In this document: positions 22,293 to 24,758 of the stretch, one piece after another
Numbering within the stretch: position 1 is the stretch's first letter
How the letters are laid out: every line of letters begins with the position of its first letter
Virus record (IMG/VR): IMGVR_UViG_3300020264_000046
Span: 1-24,758 of that record
From: a virus
Taxonomy: Duplodnaviria > Caudoviricetes
Reading direction: 5' to 3' (one strand)
Length of the DNA: 24,758 bases
The notes under the pieces: generated by a model
Databases searched by the model: none
The model's input: the letters and a program-made list of their open reading frames with translations, nothing else
What the model was told of the DNA's origin: nothing
Translations under genes and position numbers: made by a program

Positions 22293-24524
22293 ATGACAGC
22301 AGGAAGACTCGCAGCTTCTAAACCAGGAGCAACGACAAATACGGTACTTTATAGGTGTCCGACTACTGTAACTGGCAGCACAGTTGTTAATGTGTGTAAC
22401 CAGTCTGGTAGCGGCGCATCTTATCGGATGGCACTGAGAGACTATGATCAGGTGCTGCATCTCGACGGACCCGAATCCGAAAATGGCGGATCGGCATCTA
22501 CTTATAAGTTTGCTAAAGGTAATCCAATTAGTGCTTATAAGCTTACGTTGAATCCTGGGTTTTCCTTTGGTGATGCAATTCCTGGCACAGAATTTACAAC
22601 TACCAACGCTGCTACTGGTAAGATCCTTGACATCTACAAGGCAACTGGCACGGTTACTTACTATACACAAGTAAGACCAGTCTCCAACACTGCTCTCCAG
22701 GCAGACTCTCTTGCAGGTGAATTGCTGGGTGGTGAAACACTTACTGGATCGACATCTGGATTTACTGCTATCTATCGCGGTGGTGCTGCTACAAATGCCA
22801 TCCTGCAATATACTCCATATGGCACAGGTGTCACTAGCATGGCATTCTCCCGCACAACGGGTCTTGCTGATGGGATGTATATAACCCTAGGTCAAGCGGA
22901 TGGTGCAGATACTGAAGTTGTCACTATCGATGCATCTGGTATTAACACCACAACTAACGTAGTTACAGTTAGTCGCTCTGCACTGGGCACAACTGCTCGC
23001 ACAGTTCCTGCTGGTATTGCTACTAACGCATGGTCTGCATCTTCTACAGTTACAACTATTAACGAAGGTGCAACTTATGCTGCTGGGGATGTAACCCTCA
23101 CTGTTACTGACTCTACTGGATTTGTGTCTGGCGGTGTTGTCATTATTGATAACGAGCTCGCTACAATCGGGGCAGTTAATGGTAATGATCTTACTCTGAG
23201 TCGTGGTGCTTATGGCACTTCTGATGTTGACCACAATGATGGTGTAAACGTCACATTGCTGACTGATAACGGTGTATATCTCGCTAACTACTTTAGTGAA
23301 GGTGAGACAGTTACTGGTGGCACATCTAACGCATCAGCAGTCTTGAATTTCCTTGGTAGTAACGATGCTGTTATTGAAGATAAGTATGTTGTAACTACCA
23401 CTGGACCCAGTGCTACAGACCATGTTTACCTTGGTCTGGTCAATCTTAACATTGACTTGACATATAAATTTGATCTGTCAGATGCAACCAATACTGGTTA
23501 TCCTCTGAAACTATCTAACGATGATACTGAAGGTCCTAATGGAGATAGTGGCACAGGTACTGAATACACTCAGGGTGTGAGTAAAGTTGGCACAGCAGGC
23601 ACTGCTGGTTCATATACTTCGATTGTTGTTGATGAAAACACCTCAATCTCGTTGTTTGCATACGCGGATGGCACGAGTGGTAATCCCCCAACTCCAACAA
23701 CTGGTATTGGTTTTGCTATTAGTATTCAAACTGATCCAGTGTATAGTGAAATCTATATCTACGATGTTGGTGGTGAGGCTCTCGTTGCAGGTGACACCTT
23801 CACTGTCAATAACGTGACCCAAACTGTGCTGCAAAATGGCATTACAGTTGGTCCTTATGGATACGTCATGGATTGGGATCCTGCAAAAGCACATCTTAAA
23901 GTTGCTTTGGGTGAAGGATCTGCTGCATTTGCAGACAATACAGAATTCTATGACACTCCTACACTTAATAATGGCACTCGCACCATGACTAAGGCAGTGT
24001 CAGGTAAGATTCTGACTATCAACAACGTTGGTGCTGCTGATGGATCTCGTGCTGCTGGCACATATGCAAACCTGACTGCTGATGCTACAGGTGCATCTGG
24101 TGCTATCGCAAAGGCAAGATTCACTGTTGTTGTTGATGGATCTGGCGCTGCAACTATTACTATCGTTGATGGTGGCGAAGACTTCGCTGCTGCTGAAACA
24201 ATTCAGATCAATGACGCACAACTGGGCAACGGTGGCGGCGCTGCTCTGACATTTGATGTCGCAACTATTTCATCTGCTGAGCAAACAGGTCAGACAGGTC
24301 TTTACAGCGCAGAAGATTATCTCTACTACGGTAATGCTATTGCTGCAAATGATACTGAGAAAAACTCTGGTATTGTTGTGGGTCCTGGTCAAAACTTGCT
24401 CGTTTACTCATCTGCGGGAGATTTGAGTTATGTTGTTAACGGATTTGAGTCTCCTTCTGGTGACCTTCCTGTTGTCAACATGACTAAGATTTCAACCTCA
24501 GGTGGTGGCGGTGCTGCTCCCTAA
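22293..24524 (+). CDS. Thr/Gly-rich virion structural protein
   Basis: 743 aa, beta-rich; modules such as IDNE...LTLSRG..GT....H..G and YKFDLSD..N..YPL.LS; lies in the late cluster. Confidence 0.75.
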   Translation: MTAGRLAASKPGATTNTVLYRCPTTVTGSTVVNVCNQSGSGASYRMALRDYDQVLHLDGPESENGGSASTYKFAKGNPISAYKLTLNPGFSFGDAIPGTEFTTTNAATGKILDIYKATGTVTYYTQVRPVSNTALQADSLAGELLGGETLTGSTSGFTAIYRGGAATNAILQYTPYGTGVTSMAFSRTTGLADGMYITLGQADGADTEVVTIDASGINTTTNVVTVSRSALGTTARTVPAGIATNAWSASSTVTTINEGATYAAGDVTLTVTDSTGFVSGGVVIIDNELATIGAVNGNDLTLSRGAYGTSDVDHNDGVNVTLLTDNGVYLANYFSEGETVTGGTSNASAVLNFLGSNDAVIEDKYVVTTTGPSATDHVYLGLVNLNIDLTYKFDLSDATNTGYPLKLSNDDTEGPNGDSGTGTEYTQGVSKVGTAGTAGSYTSIVVDENTSISLFAYADGTSGNPPTPTTGIGFAISIQTDPVYSEIYIYDVGGEALVAGDTFTVNNVTQTVLQNGITVGPYGYVMDWDPAKAHLKVALGEGSAAFADNTEFYDTPTLNNGTRTMTKAVSGKILTINNVGAADGSRAAGTYANLTADATGASGAIAKARFTVVVDGSGAATITIVDGGEDFAAAETIQINDAQLGNGGGAALTFDVATISSAEQTGQTGLYSAEDYLYYGNAIAANDTEKNSGIVVGPGQNLLVYSSAGDLSYVVNGFESPSGDLPVVNMTKISTSGGGGAAP

Positions 24525-24529
24525 TCGCC

Positions 24530-24537
24530 CATAAATA
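24530..24537 (+). promoter_or_regulatory. Late promoter
   Basis: CATAAATA in a 37-nt intergenic gap, 24 nt before ATG 24562. Confidence 0.75.
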
Positions 24538-24561
24538 CTACCGAAGAAGGATTCCTGAAGA

Positions 24562-24758
24562 ATGGCACTTACTCGTCTTAAGAATATCATCACGTCGAGG
24601 ACGGGACGTATTATCTACGTCAACCCCGACGATTTTGATGCATCGGATGCATTTGACAACCGAGGTAACTCGGCACTGCGCCCATTTAAGACTCTCCAAC
24701 GTGCCTTCCTTGAGGTGGCACGTTTCTCATATCGTGTTGGTCTGAGTAATGACGAATT
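24562..24758 (+). CDS. N-terminus of a large virion structural / tail-fibre protein (3'-truncated)
   Basis: MALTRLKNIITSRTGRIIYVNPDDFDASDAFDNRGNSALRPFKTLQRAFLE..., the YV...D...G.S..RPFKT motif; open to the window end. Confidence 0.8.
   Translation, partial: MALTRLKNIITSRTGRIIYVNPDDFDASDAFDNRGNSALRPFKTLQRAFLEVARFSYRVGLSNDE

Noticed and set aside
1-24758. CRISPR arrays, introns, inteins, DGR or IS elements, and stop-codon reassignment
   Set aside because: No regularly spaced repeats, reverse transcriptase, transposase or intein motifs were seen, and core genes are intact in the standard code with all three stop codons used.

Overview
This window is a fragment of a T4-like myovirus genome, most likely a marine cyanophage (Kyanoviridae-type). 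The basis is T4 core genes together with CP12 and CpeT-like host-derived genes and tRNAs. Gene order: 3' part of gp32; five small accessory ORFs including a degenerate glutaredoxin; an inverted gp48-gp53 pair; gp4, gp2, a gp54/gp19-like tube protein, gp26 and gp51; two paralogous tape-measure-like proteins (the first carries lysozyme and C39-like domains); a gp27-like hub; CP12 and cpeT; a lysozyme-less gp5; small early ORFs; tRNA-Asn, a structured RNA and tRNA-Thr; a cupin/JmjC oxygenase; an HExxH protein; and three virion/fibre genes (the last truncated). Main findings: (1) an in-frame T_TTT_TTC slippery site that would fuse gp26 to the start-less gp51 by -1 frameshifting just upstream of the tape-measure genes, resembling lambda G/GT tail chaperones; (2) a multi-stem ncRNA between the two tRNAs; (3) a hairpin/promoter arrangement after gp5 that could silence an early gene on late read-through RNA; (4) head-to-head gp48/gp4 genes, each with its promoter inside the other. 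All calls come from reading the sequence and recognising motifs; no searches or folding programs were run.
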